Below are positions 19,030 to 28,706 of a stretch of 64,000 bases of DNA, piece by piece. The notes beneath the pieces are model-generated. The model ran no database searches. It saw nothing but the letters and a program-made list of their open reading frames with translations, and was not told the DNA's origin. Each line of letters starts with the position of its first letter. Position 1 is the stretch's first letter. The DNA lies in NCBI GenBank assembly GCA_034670305.1, contig JAXMNT010000038.1:14178-78177 (forward strand), read 5' to 3'. This DNA comes from Deltaproteobacteria bacterium (GTDB lineage Bacteria > Myxococcota_A > Polyangia > Polyangiales > Houyiibacteriaceae). Position numbers and translations under genes: made by a program.

Positions 19030-20889
19030 ATGTGTCCGACTCGTGTGTGTGTCGTGCTGGTTCTGTCTGCGTTGTCCGCGTGTGTGGTGGATGACGCCGG
19101 CTCTCGAACCAGCGCCATCGTCAATGGAGAACAAGTCGAAGGCACCGAGCCGGCGACGGTCGCCGTCCTCAACCGCTTCGGTGGCTTGTGCACCGGTACG
19201 CTCATCGCGCCGCGCGTGGTGCTGACGGCCAAACACTGCGTTCAGAACCCAGGCGCCTCCGAGCCGGGGTCCCCGGGCGCGTTCGTGATCGGCGTAGGCG
19301 ACAACATCAACCGCCTCGAACGCACCTTCTCGGTCAGCGACGTGGTGACGACCCCGGGTGTGTACTCCGACCGGGGTGGCCTCTCGGGCGCATTGGTCGG
19401 CATCGACATCGCGCTGGTCACGACCACCACCGTCGTGGATGGCGTCACCCCGATCCCGGTCCACCGCGGCGACCCCCGTGACCTCATCGGTCAGGACGTG
19501 CGCGCGGTTGGGTTCGGACAGATTCCAAGCGGCTCCGCCGGCCGCAAGTACCGAACCGTCAACGACATCGTCAACGTGGCCGGCAACGTCATCTACATGA
19601 ACCCGACGATTTGCCAGGGCGACTCGGGCGGCCCTCTGCTGACCATGGACCCGGAAGAAGTCGTCGGCATCGCTTCCTTCGGTACGGGGGCGTGTGGGAG
19701 CGGACGCAATGGGCACAACGTCGTGTATGCGTTCCTCGAGATGGTGGACGACGCGATCCGCGCCAGTGGTGTGTGCGTGGGCGACGGCGAAGAGGTGTGT
19801 GACGGCGAAGACAACGACTGCGACGACGCGGTGGACGAAGACTGCTCCCGGGTCGGCGAAACCTGCACCGACGACAGCGAGTGCGTGACGCTCTTGTGCC
19901 GCGAGATCGACGGAGCACGCATCTGCACCCAGGACTGCAACCCGCTGCGGCCGTTCAGCTCCTGTCCCCCGTCCATGTTCTGCGCGACCACTGCGGGATG
20001 CGACGGCCAATGCGTGTTCGGCGAAGAGGGCGCGGGCATGAACGACGAGACGTGCGAGGACGCGACCGACTGTGCCTCGCTCTTCTGCGCCGATCCGGGC
20101 GACGGGCGCAAGCGCTGCCTCGACCCGTGCATGGGCGACGCCGGTACGTGCCTCGCGGGCGACGTCTGCGCCGCGCCTCCGATGGCGTGCGGTGGATGTG
20201 TGCCGGCGGCCCTGGTGGGCGAAGCACGCGGCATCGGTGAACCCTGCGAAGGGCCCGAGTCCTGCCGGAGCGAGATCTGCTTCACCGAGGAGAGCGCGTC
20301 GTACTGCAGCCGAGACTGCACCGTCGACAGCGATTGCGGAGAGGCCTTCCACTGCCGGCCGCCCAGCGACGCGTCCCCCGGACGCTGCGTCCGCGGCGAA
20401 CGAGGTGGCGTGGGCAGCGGCTGCGTCGACAACCCGGACTGCGGCGAAGGGTTCTTCTGTGCCGCCCTCGGCGAGACCCGCTGGTGTACGAGCTTCTGCC
20501 GCGAGACGGACGAATGCCCGCCGGAGTTCACCTGCGAGCTCGTTGGCGAAGACACGTCCATCTGCGTGCCCGAACGGGGCGTGGTCGGCGCGCCGTGCAT
20601 GGGGGCCGACGAGTGCATCTCCGCCCTCTGCGAGCCGGTCGGCGTCGAAGAGGCGCTCATCTGCAGCCGCGAGTGCGGCGGCGATGCCCCGTGCGACCCC
20701 GGTTTCGAATGCCGGCGTAGCGAAGACGGCTCGGTGGCGTACTGCACCCGGACCCTGGTCCCCGAAGTCGTCGAATCGGGCGGCTGCGCCACCGGCGGTG
20801 CGTCGGCCGGCTCTGGTTTCTTTCTGTTTCTCTTGATCTTCGCCGCACGTCGGCGCCGTTCCATCTCACGAGGTTCCCATGCGTCGTAG
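19030..20889 (+). CDS. Trypsin-like serine protease with Cys-rich repeats and MYXO-CTERM-like tail
   Basis: IVNG, LTAKHC, DIAL, GDSGGP; tail GGC-hydrophobic-RRRR. Confidence 0.88.
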   Translation: MCPTRVCVVLVLSALSACVVDDAGSRTSAIVNGEQVEGTEPATVAVLNRFGGLCTGTLIAPRVVLTAKHCVQNPGASEPGSPGAFVIGVGDNINRLERTFSVSDVVTTPGVYSDRGGLSGALVGIDIALVTTTTVVDGVTPIPVHRGDPRDLIGQDVRAVGFGQIPSGSAGRKYRTVNDIVNVAGNVIYMNPTICQGDSGGPLLTMDPEEVVGIASFGTGACGSGRNGHNVVYAFLEMVDDAIRASGVCVGDGEEVCDGEDNDCDDAVDEDCSRVGETCTDDSECVTLLCREIDGARICTQDCNPLRPFSSCPPSMFCATTAGCDGQCVFGEEGAGMNDETCEDATDCASLFCADPGDGRKRCLDPCMGDAGTCLAGDVCAAPPMACGGCVPAALVGEARGIGEPCEGPESCRSEICFTEESASYCSRDCTVDSDCGEAFHCRPPSDASPGRCVRGERGGVGSGCVDNPDCGEGFFCAALGETRWCTSFCRETDECPPEFTCELVGEDTSICVPERGVVGAPCMGADECISALCEPVGVEEALICSRECGGDAPCDPGFECRRSEDGSVAYCTRTLVPEVVESGGCATGGASAGSGFFLFLLIFAARRRRSISRGSHAS

Positions 20890-22705
20890 CGCCGTTCTCT
20901 TGTTGATCCTGTCCGCTTGCGTCGCGGATCCCTACGGCGCCTCGGAGTACGAGATCGTCGACGGCACGAACGACACCGAACACCCCGAAGTGGTGTTCCT
21001 CTACCAGACCATCGGCGCGGCCTGCACCGCGACGGTGATCGCGCCGCGTGTCGTGCTGACGGCCAAACACTGTGTGCAAGACCGGGGGCAGAACCGCGCC
21101 GCTGCGGCGTCCACGTTCCGCATCCTGATCGGCACCAACTCCCGCCGCGCCACTGCGCAGTACTTTGCGCAGGAAGTGCGTCCGGCACCGGGCCGCTGGG
21201 ACCTGCGCGACGCGTCGGACGTCGCCGTCATCATCACGACCGAACCGATCCGCGAGGTCACGCCGCGCGCGATGAACTTCGGCAACCCATCCGCGCTCAA
21301 CGGGCGCACCTTCACCGCGGTCGGCTACGGCCAGACGCCGAGTGGCGGAAGCGGTACCCGGCTGACCACGTTCAAGACCGTGCAGGGCACCGAGCGCGGC
21401 TTCATCTACGTGCGCCCCTCGGTGTGTTCGGGCGACTCCGGCGGCCCGCTCATCGGACCGGAAGGCGACATCTGGGGCGTGGCGTCGTTCATCTACAGTG
21501 AGACCGGCGGTTCGCCTTCGTGCGGCAGCGCGCCGGGCGCCTACAACAGCATTCAGTCCTACCAGTCGCTCATCGAGACCGCGATCGAAGACAGCGGTTC
21601 CTGCGTCCCGTCGGAAGAGGTCTGCAACGGCATCGACGACAACTGCGACGAAGTCGTCGACGAGGGCTGCACGCCGCTCGGTGAACCCTGCGTTGCCGAC
21701 GGCGAGTGCGTCGGAGAGACCTGCCGCCAGGTCTCGCCGGACTCCGGCAAGATCTGCACGATCGGCTGCAACCCGCTCGAGCCCGAGATCGGATGCATGG
21801 AAGGGTTCTACTGTGCCAGCGAGGGCTGCGACGGATTCTGCGCACCCGGCGTGCGCGGGGAACTCGACCTCGAGGCGGACTGCACCGCCGACACGGACTG
21901 TTACTTGCTCAACTGCGAGGACCCGGGCGATGGCCGGTCGCGATGCCTCGCGCGTTGCATCGGTGACGGCGGCAACTGCCTCGCCGGCGAAGTCTGCGCG
22001 GCGCCCTCGGGTGCGTGCGGCGCGTGTGTCGACCGGGCGCTCGTCGGCGAAGCACGTGGCTACGGCGAGCCGTGCGACATGGACTCGGAGTGCGCGAGCG
22101 CGCTCTGCCTCGAAGACGAGCACAGCCTTTACTGCTCGCGCACCTGCGAGACCGACGAAGACTGCGGCGACACCTTCCACTGCCGGACCGTGGGAACCGA
22201 ACCGGAGGTGATGCGCGCGTGCGTGCGTGGTCCGCGCGGCGACGTGGGCGACGCGTGCGTGACCAACGAGGACTGCGGCTCCGGCATCTGTGCGGTGCTC
22301 GGCGATCGCACGTGGTGTACCGCGATGTGCAACCCGGACGACGGATGCGTAGACGGCTTCTCTTGCGAGCCGGTGGGGGAGAGCATGATCTGTGTGCCCG
22401 AGAGCAGCCTGGTCGGCGAAGAGTGCATGGAGAACGCGGACTGCACGTCCGGCTTGTGCGCCATCGGCACCGCCTCGGGCAACGTCTGCACCCGGTTCTG
22501 CGACGGCGGCGAACTCGCCTGCGCTTCGGGCTTCGAGTGTGTGCGCATCAGCGGCGGTCGCGAGAGCATTTGTCTGCCCGCGGGTGGGAACGAGCCCGCT
22601 TCGGGCGGCGGGTGCAACGTGGCGCTCGACCGCTCGTCGGGTACGCCGTTGGCACTCGGGTTCGGTCTGTTGCTCGCGTTCGTGTGGCGGCGTCGCACCC
22701 GTTGA
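20879..22705 (+). CDS. Trypsin-like serine protease with Cys-rich repeats and MYXO-CTERM-like tail (tandem paralogue)
   Basis: IVDG, LTAKHC, DVAV, GDSGGP; tail GGGC-hydrophobic-RRRTR. Confidence 0.88.
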   Translation: MRRSAVLLLILSACVADPYGASEYEIVDGTNDTEHPEVVFLYQTIGAACTATVIAPRVVLTAKHCVQDRGQNRAAAASTFRILIGTNSRRATAQYFAQEVRPAPGRWDLRDASDVAVIITTEPIREVTPRAMNFGNPSALNGRTFTAVGYGQTPSGGSGTRLTTFKTVQGTERGFIYVRPSVCSGDSGGPLIGPEGDIWGVASFIYSETGGSPSCGSAPGAYNSIQSYQSLIETAIEDSGSCVPSEEVCNGIDDNCDEVVDEGCTPLGEPCVADGECVGETCRQVSPDSGKICTIGCNPLEPEIGCMEGFYCASEGCDGFCAPGVRGELDLEADCTADTDCYLLNCEDPGDGRSRCLARCIGDGGNCLAGEVCAAPSGACGACVDRALVGEARGYGEPCDMDSECASALCLEDEHSLYCSRTCETDEDCGDTFHCRTVGTEPEVMRACVRGPRGDVGDACVTNEDCGSGICAVLGDRTWCTAMCNPDDGCVDGFSCEPVGESMICVPESSLVGEECMENADCTSGLCAIGTASGNVCTRFCDGGELACASGFECVRISGGRESICLPAGGNEPASGGGCNVALDRSSGTPLALGFGLLLAFVWRRRTR

Positions 22706-22854
22706 GGTTCATCGGCGGTCCGCCGCACACGGATTCCACACGGACACGGGGGTTTTGCCCCGTGCGTGTGGTTGAAGTCACGGCACGCCGTAGATCCCGA
22801 CCAAGGGATCACCGACCATGCATGTGATGATTCGACCGGGGGGACGGAGAGACC

Positions 22855-24816
22855 ATGGAAGCTGACTCTGACTCCATCCAATTCACCGGACGCATTCTGT
22901 ACCTCACCGAAGATCCGGAGCTCTTGCGCCGGCAGCTTGGTGGCGAGGACCTGCCGTTCGACGAAGAGCGGGCGCTGCGGAACAACATCAGCACCGACGA
23001 GATCACGCCGGGCTGGGTCTGCTTCTACTACGACGAGACGCTCGGTCGTTTCTCGATGGTCGGCCTCAAAGGCGGCGTCATCGAGAAGGACTCGATCAAG
23101 AACGGCGGCTTCGAAGTCATCGTCAGTGGTCTGAGCAAAGGCTGTGGCAGCAGCCGTGAGACGGCGCCGTACAGCGAGAAGGCCGCGGGCATCCGGCTCG
23201 TCATCGCGAAGAGCATCGAGAAGATCTACGGACAGAACTGCCAGAACATCGGTCTGCTGACGTCGACCGATTTCGGCCTCATTCCGCGCATCCTCGCGGG
23301 CGAAGCGATCCCGAAATCCGAGTTCACCGATGGGCTCGATCCCATCAGCGCCGACATCGTCTCGAGCGGCGGCCTGTTTGCGTACAACCGGCTGCGCATG
23401 GCCGGCGAAACCGCACCGCCGAAGATCGAACGCGCGCCGCGCCCGATGACGCTCGTCGAGAAGATCATCGCGAAGAACGCGGTCGTGGACGCGCGAGAGT
23501 CGAAACTCGGCGTGCCCGCGGTGGCGCCGGGCGATGCGCTCTTCATTCGCGCCGACGTGCGGTTCAGCCACGAATACGTGACGCCGATGGCGGACTCGCT
23601 CTTTCGCGATGCCCTCGGCAACGACGCGAAGGTGACCGACCCGGACAGCGTCTTCGCGTTCCGAGACCACCTCACCTTCCTCGGCGACGTGATGAGTCCA
23701 GAGAAGCGAGAGATGGGCCTGCTCACCCACGCCGACGGCCTCGCGACCACCCAGGCCGGCTTCGCGAAGAAGCACGGGCTCAAGCTCTACGGCGAGAGCG
23801 ACCAAGGCGGCTCGGAAGCCATTTGCCACAACGCGGTGGTCGAAGACCTTGCGCTGCCGGGCGACGCGGTGGTCGGGACCGACAGCCACACCTGCATGGC
23901 CGGTGTGCTCGGCGCATTTGCGTTCGGCGTCGGCAGCACCGACATGGCGAACAGCTGGTACACGAAGGACGTGCGCGTTCGCGTGCCGGAGACGGTTCGA
24001 TTCGTCCTGAACGGTTCGCTCCGTGCGGGCGTGAGCGCGAAGGACGTGATGCTTCACATCCTGAGCCAGCCCTTTTTCCGGACCAGCAAGGGCATCGGCA
24101 AGGTGCTCGAGTTCGCGGGGGAGGGCATCGCCAGCCTGCCGCTCGACGAGCGCGCGACGCTGACGAACATGGCGGTCGAGGCGGGCGGGTTCACCGGCAT
24201 CATCGAAGCCGACGAAGTCATCGTGGACTACCTGCACGTGCAGCGCGGCCTCCCGAAGGAGGAACTGCGGGCGCGGATCCTCAAGAGCGATCCGGACGCG
24301 ACCTACCTCGAGACGATCGAGATCGACCTCGACGGCATCGGTCCGATGGTCGCGACGCCCGGCGACCCGCGCAACGGCATCGCGATGTCGGCGCTCGACG
24401 ACGACGTCAAGATCGACATCGCCTACGGCGGCTCCTGCACCGGCGGCAAGAAGAGCGACATGGACATGTACGCCCAGGTCATCTCCGCCGCGCTCGAGCG
24501 TGGGCTCAAAGTGGCGGACGGGGTGGAGTGCTACATCCAGTTCGGCAGCCAACAGATCCGGAAGTACGCGGTCGAGAAGGGCTACCTCGCGCTCTTCGAG
24601 AAGGCCGGCGTCACGGTGATCGACCCGAGCTGCGGCGCCTGCATCAACGCAGGCCCCGGTGCTTCGCGCACCAAAGAGCAGGTTTCGGTCAGCGCCCAGA
24701 ACCGCAACTTCCCGGGCCGCAGCGGGCCCGGCCAGGTCTACCTGGCGAGCCCCCTGACCGTGGCCGCCAGCGCGATCATGGGACGCATCGTCCCCCCCGA
24801 AGCGATCCTCGGCTAG
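22855..24816 (+). CDS. Aconitase-family hydratase, swivel (LeuD-like) domain fused N-terminal to LeuC-like domain
   Basis: NISTDEITP, GCGSSRETA (swivel); GTDSHTC, GSCTGG, CGACI (4Fe-4S ligands), NRNFPGRSG, YLASP. Confidence 0.9.
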   Translation: MEADSDSIQFTGRILYLTEDPELLRRQLGGEDLPFDEERALRNNISTDEITPGWVCFYYDETLGRFSMVGLKGGVIEKDSIKNGGFEVIVSGLSKGCGSSRETAPYSEKAAGIRLVIAKSIEKIYGQNCQNIGLLTSTDFGLIPRILAGEAIPKSEFTDGLDPISADIVSSGGLFAYNRLRMAGETAPPKIERAPRPMTLVEKIIAKNAVVDARESKLGVPAVAPGDALFIRADVRFSHEYVTPMADSLFRDALGNDAKVTDPDSVFAFRDHLTFLGDVMSPEKREMGLLTHADGLATTQAGFAKKHGLKLYGESDQGGSEAICHNAVVEDLALPGDAVVGTDSHTCMAGVLGAFAFGVGSTDMANSWYTKDVRVRVPETVRFVLNGSLRAGVSAKDVMLHILSQPFFRTSKGIGKVLEFAGEGIASLPLDERATLTNMAVEAGGFTGIIEADEVIVDYLHVQRGLPKEELRARILKSDPDATYLETIEIDLDGIGPMVATPGDPRNGIAMSALDDDVKIDIAYGGSCTGGKKSDMDMYAQVISAALERGLKVADGVECYIQFGSQQIRKYAVEKGYLALFEKAGVTVIDPSCGACINAGPGASRTKEQVSVSAQNRNFPGRSGPGQVYLASPLTVAASAIMGRIVPPEAILG

Positions 24817-27272
24817 CCGAAGTCGCAGCTCATCAACACTTCGGACATGCCGGAGTTGTTGGTCTCGTCGCACTCGTTGTAGGTGCTGCCGCCCATGCCG
24901 TCCGAGTCCACCGTCGCGTCGACGGTGAAGTTCACGAACGAGAAGCCGCCGGGGAAGGTGGCGGTGAAGATCACGGTCTCTTCCTGGCCGGGCAACAAGA
25001 AGCGGGTGGTGCGCTCGACACCGAGGTCCATGGCCGCGCCACCCTCCGGCGTGAGCGTGGCGATGACGGGAACGCCCGCCGCGACACCGAGCGCGCCGCG
25101 GTTGCCGACGGTGACGCCGATTCGAAGCGTGCCGCTCGCTTCGCACTCCTCGAGTTCGATGGACACGACCACGAGATCCGGCGCGTCGAAGAGTCCGCCC
25201 GGCTGCACGTTCTGGCGGAAGTTGTTCAGCCGCGAGTTGAGCCAGTTGGGCTCTTCCATGCGCGGGATCTGACCGTCTTCGGTCACGTTCGTCACGTGGT
25301 AGGTGTGCTGGTTCCAGATGCGCCGGGTGCGGACCCAGTTGTTGTCGGTGTCTTCCCAGATCTCGATGCCACCCAGTGTGCCCGAGCCGGTGTTGGGCTC
25401 CGGAATGACGACTTCGCTCTTTCCGTCGTTGTCGACGTCCACGACGATCGGCATCTCCATGCGGGTGTTGCTGCGGTGGGTGGGGTCGTCGTAGAGGACG
25501 GCACCCGTCCGGCCGTCGAAGATGCGGAAGCTCGTCTCGTCCGCGTAGACGACCTCGGCTGCGCCATCGCCCTCGAAGTCGAACACACTCGATCCAGTCG
25601 CGCGGCTCGAGCAGTCTTGGTTGCGGACCTGCCAGAGCACGAACTCGGATTCGCACTCGTCCGGGAGCGGGTCGCCGGTGCAGTCGAGGTCGATCACCAC
25701 GTAGTAGTCCGCGCCGGCCGTGCCGATCTCCGGGCGTCCGTCCCCGTCGAAGTCCGCGATGGTGGGCGGGCCGCTCTCGTTGCTGCCGCACGACACCCGC
25801 GGGATGACCACCTGCTGCTTGAGCGTGCCGTCGTGTTCGAGGATCCACACATCGCCCCGCCGCACGACGACGACCTCTGCTTCGTCGTCGTCGTCGAAGT
25901 TGCCGATCGCGTCGTAGCCATCGCACGCCACCGCGCCCGCGCAGTTCGAGCTCGCGCTCGGGAACGTGAACGTCCACTCCTCGCTGCCGTCCCGGCCGTC
26001 GTAAACGGTGTTGCCGGCGATCACTTCCATCACGCCGTCGAGATCGATGTCGGCGATCGTCGAGACCGGTCCGAGGAACGCGTTGTTGCCGACCCCCGCG
26101 CTGGCGCCGACGGTGTTGCGTCCGTTCCAGAGCAGGGTTCCGTCGAGCCCGTTGAGCGCGATGTTGCCGACCACGACTTCGGGCTGGCCGTCGCCGTTGA
26201 GGTCCGCGATCGCCGGCTGGGAGCCGCCGCCGGGGTCTGCCGGCACGTTGGTGGTGTTGCGCCAGAGCTCTTCCCAGGCGGAGCCGTCGGCTGCGGTTCG
26301 GCGGAACGCGATCGTACCGCCGGCCTTGAAGGTCACGACGATCTCGGGGACCCGCTCGTCGGCCATCGAGTCCGGGTGCAAGTTGCCGAGCGCGACGCCG
26401 GATGAGTTGTCGACGAAGGGCATGGTGATCGTCGCCAGCGTGTTCATCGTGCCGTCCTCGTTGCACAAGCCGCTCACCACCCGCAGTCGGCCGTTGGCGG
26501 TGCAACAGCCGTTGCCCTGGCGATCGAAGCTGACGAACACGATGTCGGGGATGTCGAGCGTGTCGGTGACCCCGTCCTCGTTGTCGTCGGTGAGGTTGGC
26601 GACCGCGGGGGTCATCACCACGTCGTCGAAGCTCGCAGAGTCACCCGCTGCGGGCCGCCACTGACACGCGGTCCGGGGGTTGAAGTCGCCGACGGGCGGC
26701 ATGAACTCACACACATCGACCGCGTCGCGCGGCACGCATCGCCCGAGCCCGACCTCGCACAGCTCGTCCGCCTCGCACTGCTCGGTGAGCGTGCACTCGT
26801 CGCCGAGATCGATGCAGTCGTTGCTCAGACACGCTTGCTCTGCGCCGCAGCATTGTTCGCCCGCCGCACCGCAGCGCTGCGCTTCGTCGGCGCATTCGAT
26901 GACGCACGCGTTGTCGAGGCATTCGTCGGTCTCGGCGCAGCACACGCCGCCACAGAGCGTGCGCTCGCCGCAGTCGGTGACGCAGCGTCCGTCCATGCAC
27001 GCGTCGGCTGCCTCGCAGCAGCGCGCGAGGGCGCCGGTGCCGCACGCCGGCCGTTCGTCTTCACACATCAGGTCGGGCGCATCGCGTCCTGTGCTGCCGT
27101 CGATGTCTTCGACCAGGACGCACATGCTGTCGACGCAGTTGCGTCCCGCTGGGCAGTCGGCGGTCGTGACGCAGGTGGTGGGGTCGCCCCCGCCACAGTC
27201 GCAGGCGCCGAAGAGCATGAAGGACAAAGCGAAGGTGGCGCGGAGAAGACCAAGACGTGACATCGGCGTCAT
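24813..27272 (-). CDS. FG-GAP/integrin-like repeat lipoprotein with C-terminal CARDB-like domain
   Basis: Lipobox-like FGAC; repeated ADLNGDGQPEV, DFDGDGRPEI, FDFEGDGAAEVVYADE; TRRIWNQHTY; ECDETNN. Confidence 0.85.
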   Translation of the reverse strand: MTPMSRLGLLRATFALSFMLFGACDCGGGDPTTCVTTADCPAGRNCVDSMCVLVEDIDGSTGRDAPDLMCEDERPACGTGALARCCEAADACMDGRCVTDCGERTLCGGVCCAETDECLDNACVIECADEAQRCGAAGEQCCGAEQACLSNDCIDLGDECTLTEQCEADELCEVGLGRCVPRDAVDVCEFMPPVGDFNPRTACQWRPAAGDSASFDDVVMTPAVANLTDDNEDGVTDTLDIPDIVFVSFDRQGNGCCTANGRLRVVSGLCNEDGTMNTLATITMPFVDNSSGVALGNLHPDSMADERVPEIVVTFKAGGTIAFRRTAADGSAWEELWRNTTNVPADPGGGSQPAIADLNGDGQPEVVVGNIALNGLDGTLLWNGRNTVGASAGVGNNAFLGPVSTIADIDLDGVMEVIAGNTVYDGRDGSEEWTFTFPSASSNCAGAVACDGYDAIGNFDDDDEAEVVVVRRGDVWILEHDGTLKQQVVIPRVSCGSNESGPPTIADFDGDGRPEIGTAGADYYVVIDLDCTGDPLPDECESEFVLWQVRNQDCSSRATGSSVFDFEGDGAAEVVYADETSFRIFDGRTGAVLYDDPTHRSNTRMEMPIVVDVDNDGKSEVVIPEPNTGSGTLGGIEIWEDTDNNWVRTRRIWNQHTYHVTNVTEDGQIPRMEEPNWLNSRLNNFRQNVQPGGLFDAPDLVVVSIELEECEASGTLRIGVTVGNRGALGVAAGVPVIATLTPEGGAAMDLGVERTTRFLLPGQEETVIFTATFPGGFSFVNFTVDATVDSDGMGGSTYNECDETNNSGMSEVLMSCDFG

Positions 27273-27537
27273 TGTAGCCAACCTGGACCGCCTCTGTCTG
27301 GCGATTCGGCGATTCAGGTTGGTCGCGCGCAGTCGGCCCGAGGAACCACGGGCCGTGCAGAACCTTGCCAAGCCTCGCGGTGGCGATGCCGCGCCCCCGT
27401 TCGCGGACTCCGCGGTCTGAAACAATTGGAACCGAGAACACGGTTCACTTCCGCCCAGGATCGGCTCGCCAGGTTGCTCGCGCGGTTCGATCATTTCGTC
27501 GGGGACCGGCCCGCACCCAGCGGACACAGTGCGCCCC

Positions 27538-28620
27538 ATGAAACACGGAATCAGCGCCCTCGGGCTCGCTCTGCCCAGCCGCTACCTCGACGTGCGCGAC
27601 CTCGCCACGCTGCGCGGTGTCGAGCCGGACAAGTACACCAAAGGCCTCGGCTGCCACGAGATCGCCCTCTGCGGACCGGACGAAGACGCGGCGTCGCTGG
27701 GTGCGAAAGCGGCGCGTCGCGCGCTCGAGCGCTGGGGCGGAGACCTCGGTCGCATCGGCCTCTTGGCGGTCGGGACCGAGACCGGCGCCGACATGAGCCG
27801 GCCGATGAGCGCGTTCGTCGCCGACCACCTGAAACTTCGAGGCCGCATGCGCAGCTACGAAGCCAAACATGCCTGCTACGGCGGGACCGTCGCACTTCGC
27901 CAAGCGCTCGAGTGGCGCGCGAGCGGCGCGCATCGAGGACGCGCGGCGCTGGTCGTCGCGACCGATGTCGGGCTGTACGCGCCCGCCGATCCCGGCGAGG
28001 CCACCCAAGGCGCGGGTGCGGTCGCGTTCGTGCTCGACGACGACGCGTTGGTTGCGTCGATCGATCTCGAGAGCCACGCGTTCGCATCGCCCGCCTTCGA
28101 TTTCTGGCGTCCGGTGGGCGAACGGTTCCCCCGCGTCGAAGGTCCCCTCAGTCTCGACTGCTACCGCGAGGCGGTGGAGAAGACGTTCGGCGGCTGGGCC
28201 GGAGAGTCGTCGGTGCAGGATGCGCTTGCGACGCTGGAAGCGGTCGCGTTCCACGTGCCGTTCCCCAAGATGGTGAAGAAGGCGGTGCTGCATCTCGGCG
28301 CCACGCAGGGGTGGGACGAGGGCGATACCGCGACGTTCTTCGAGACGAAGGTCGCTCCGACGATGCGCTGGAACCGCCACATGGGGAACAGCTACACCGC
28401 GGCGCTTTGGTGGAGTGTGGCGTGCGCGCTGGTCGGTCGAAAACCGGGCGACGCGCTCGGTGCGTTCTCCTACGGCTCCGGGTTCGGCAGCGAGCTGTCG
28501 ATCCTGCGCGCGGGCGAGGCGGCCGCCGAGGCGCTCTGGCAAAAGGACGTCGAAGCCGACCTGAGCGCACGTGTCCGCATGGATGCCGCCGAGTACGACG
28601 CTTGGCGCGGGTCGGTCTGA
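27538..28620 (+). CDS. mvaS: Hydroxymethylglutaryl-CoA synthase
   Basis: VGTETGAD, KHACYGGT (catalytic Cys), GEATQGAGAVA, FHVPF, GNSYTA, FSYGSG. Confidence 0.9.
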   Translation: MKHGISALGLALPSRYLDVRDLATLRGVEPDKYTKGLGCHEIALCGPDEDAASLGAKAARRALERWGGDLGRIGLLAVGTETGADMSRPMSAFVADHLKLRGRMRSYEAKHACYGGTVALRQALEWRASGAHRGRAALVVATDVGLYAPADPGEATQGAGAVAFVLDDDALVASIDLESHAFASPAFDFWRPVGERFPRVEGPLSLDCYREAVEKTFGGWAGESSVQDALATLEAVAFHVPFPKMVKKAVLHLGATQGWDEGDTATFFETKVAPTMRWNRHMGNSYTAALWWSVACALVGRKPGDALGAFSYGSGFGSELSILRAGEAAAEALWQKDVEADLSARVRMDAAEYDAWRGSV

Positions 28621-28673
28621 GTCGACGTCGAAGCGAGGCAGGCGGCTCCGCTCGTGCACCTGCGCAGGCCGCC

Positions 28674-28706
28674 AGTCTCGCGAAGCGAGCCAGGCCCGTG
28701 GTGCTA
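28674..28706 (+). repeat. Dispersed ~33 bp REP-like repeat, copy 2
   Basis: AGTCTCGCGAAGCGAGCCAGGCCCGTGGTGCTA. Confidence 0.8.

Noticed and set aside
22129-26505. 1458-aa minus-strand ORF and similar long Arg/Ala-rich ORFs (e.g. 45285-47930, 47593-50004, 51278-53611)
   Set aside because: Off-frame or antisense shadows typical of high-GC DNA; they overlap genes with clear motifs
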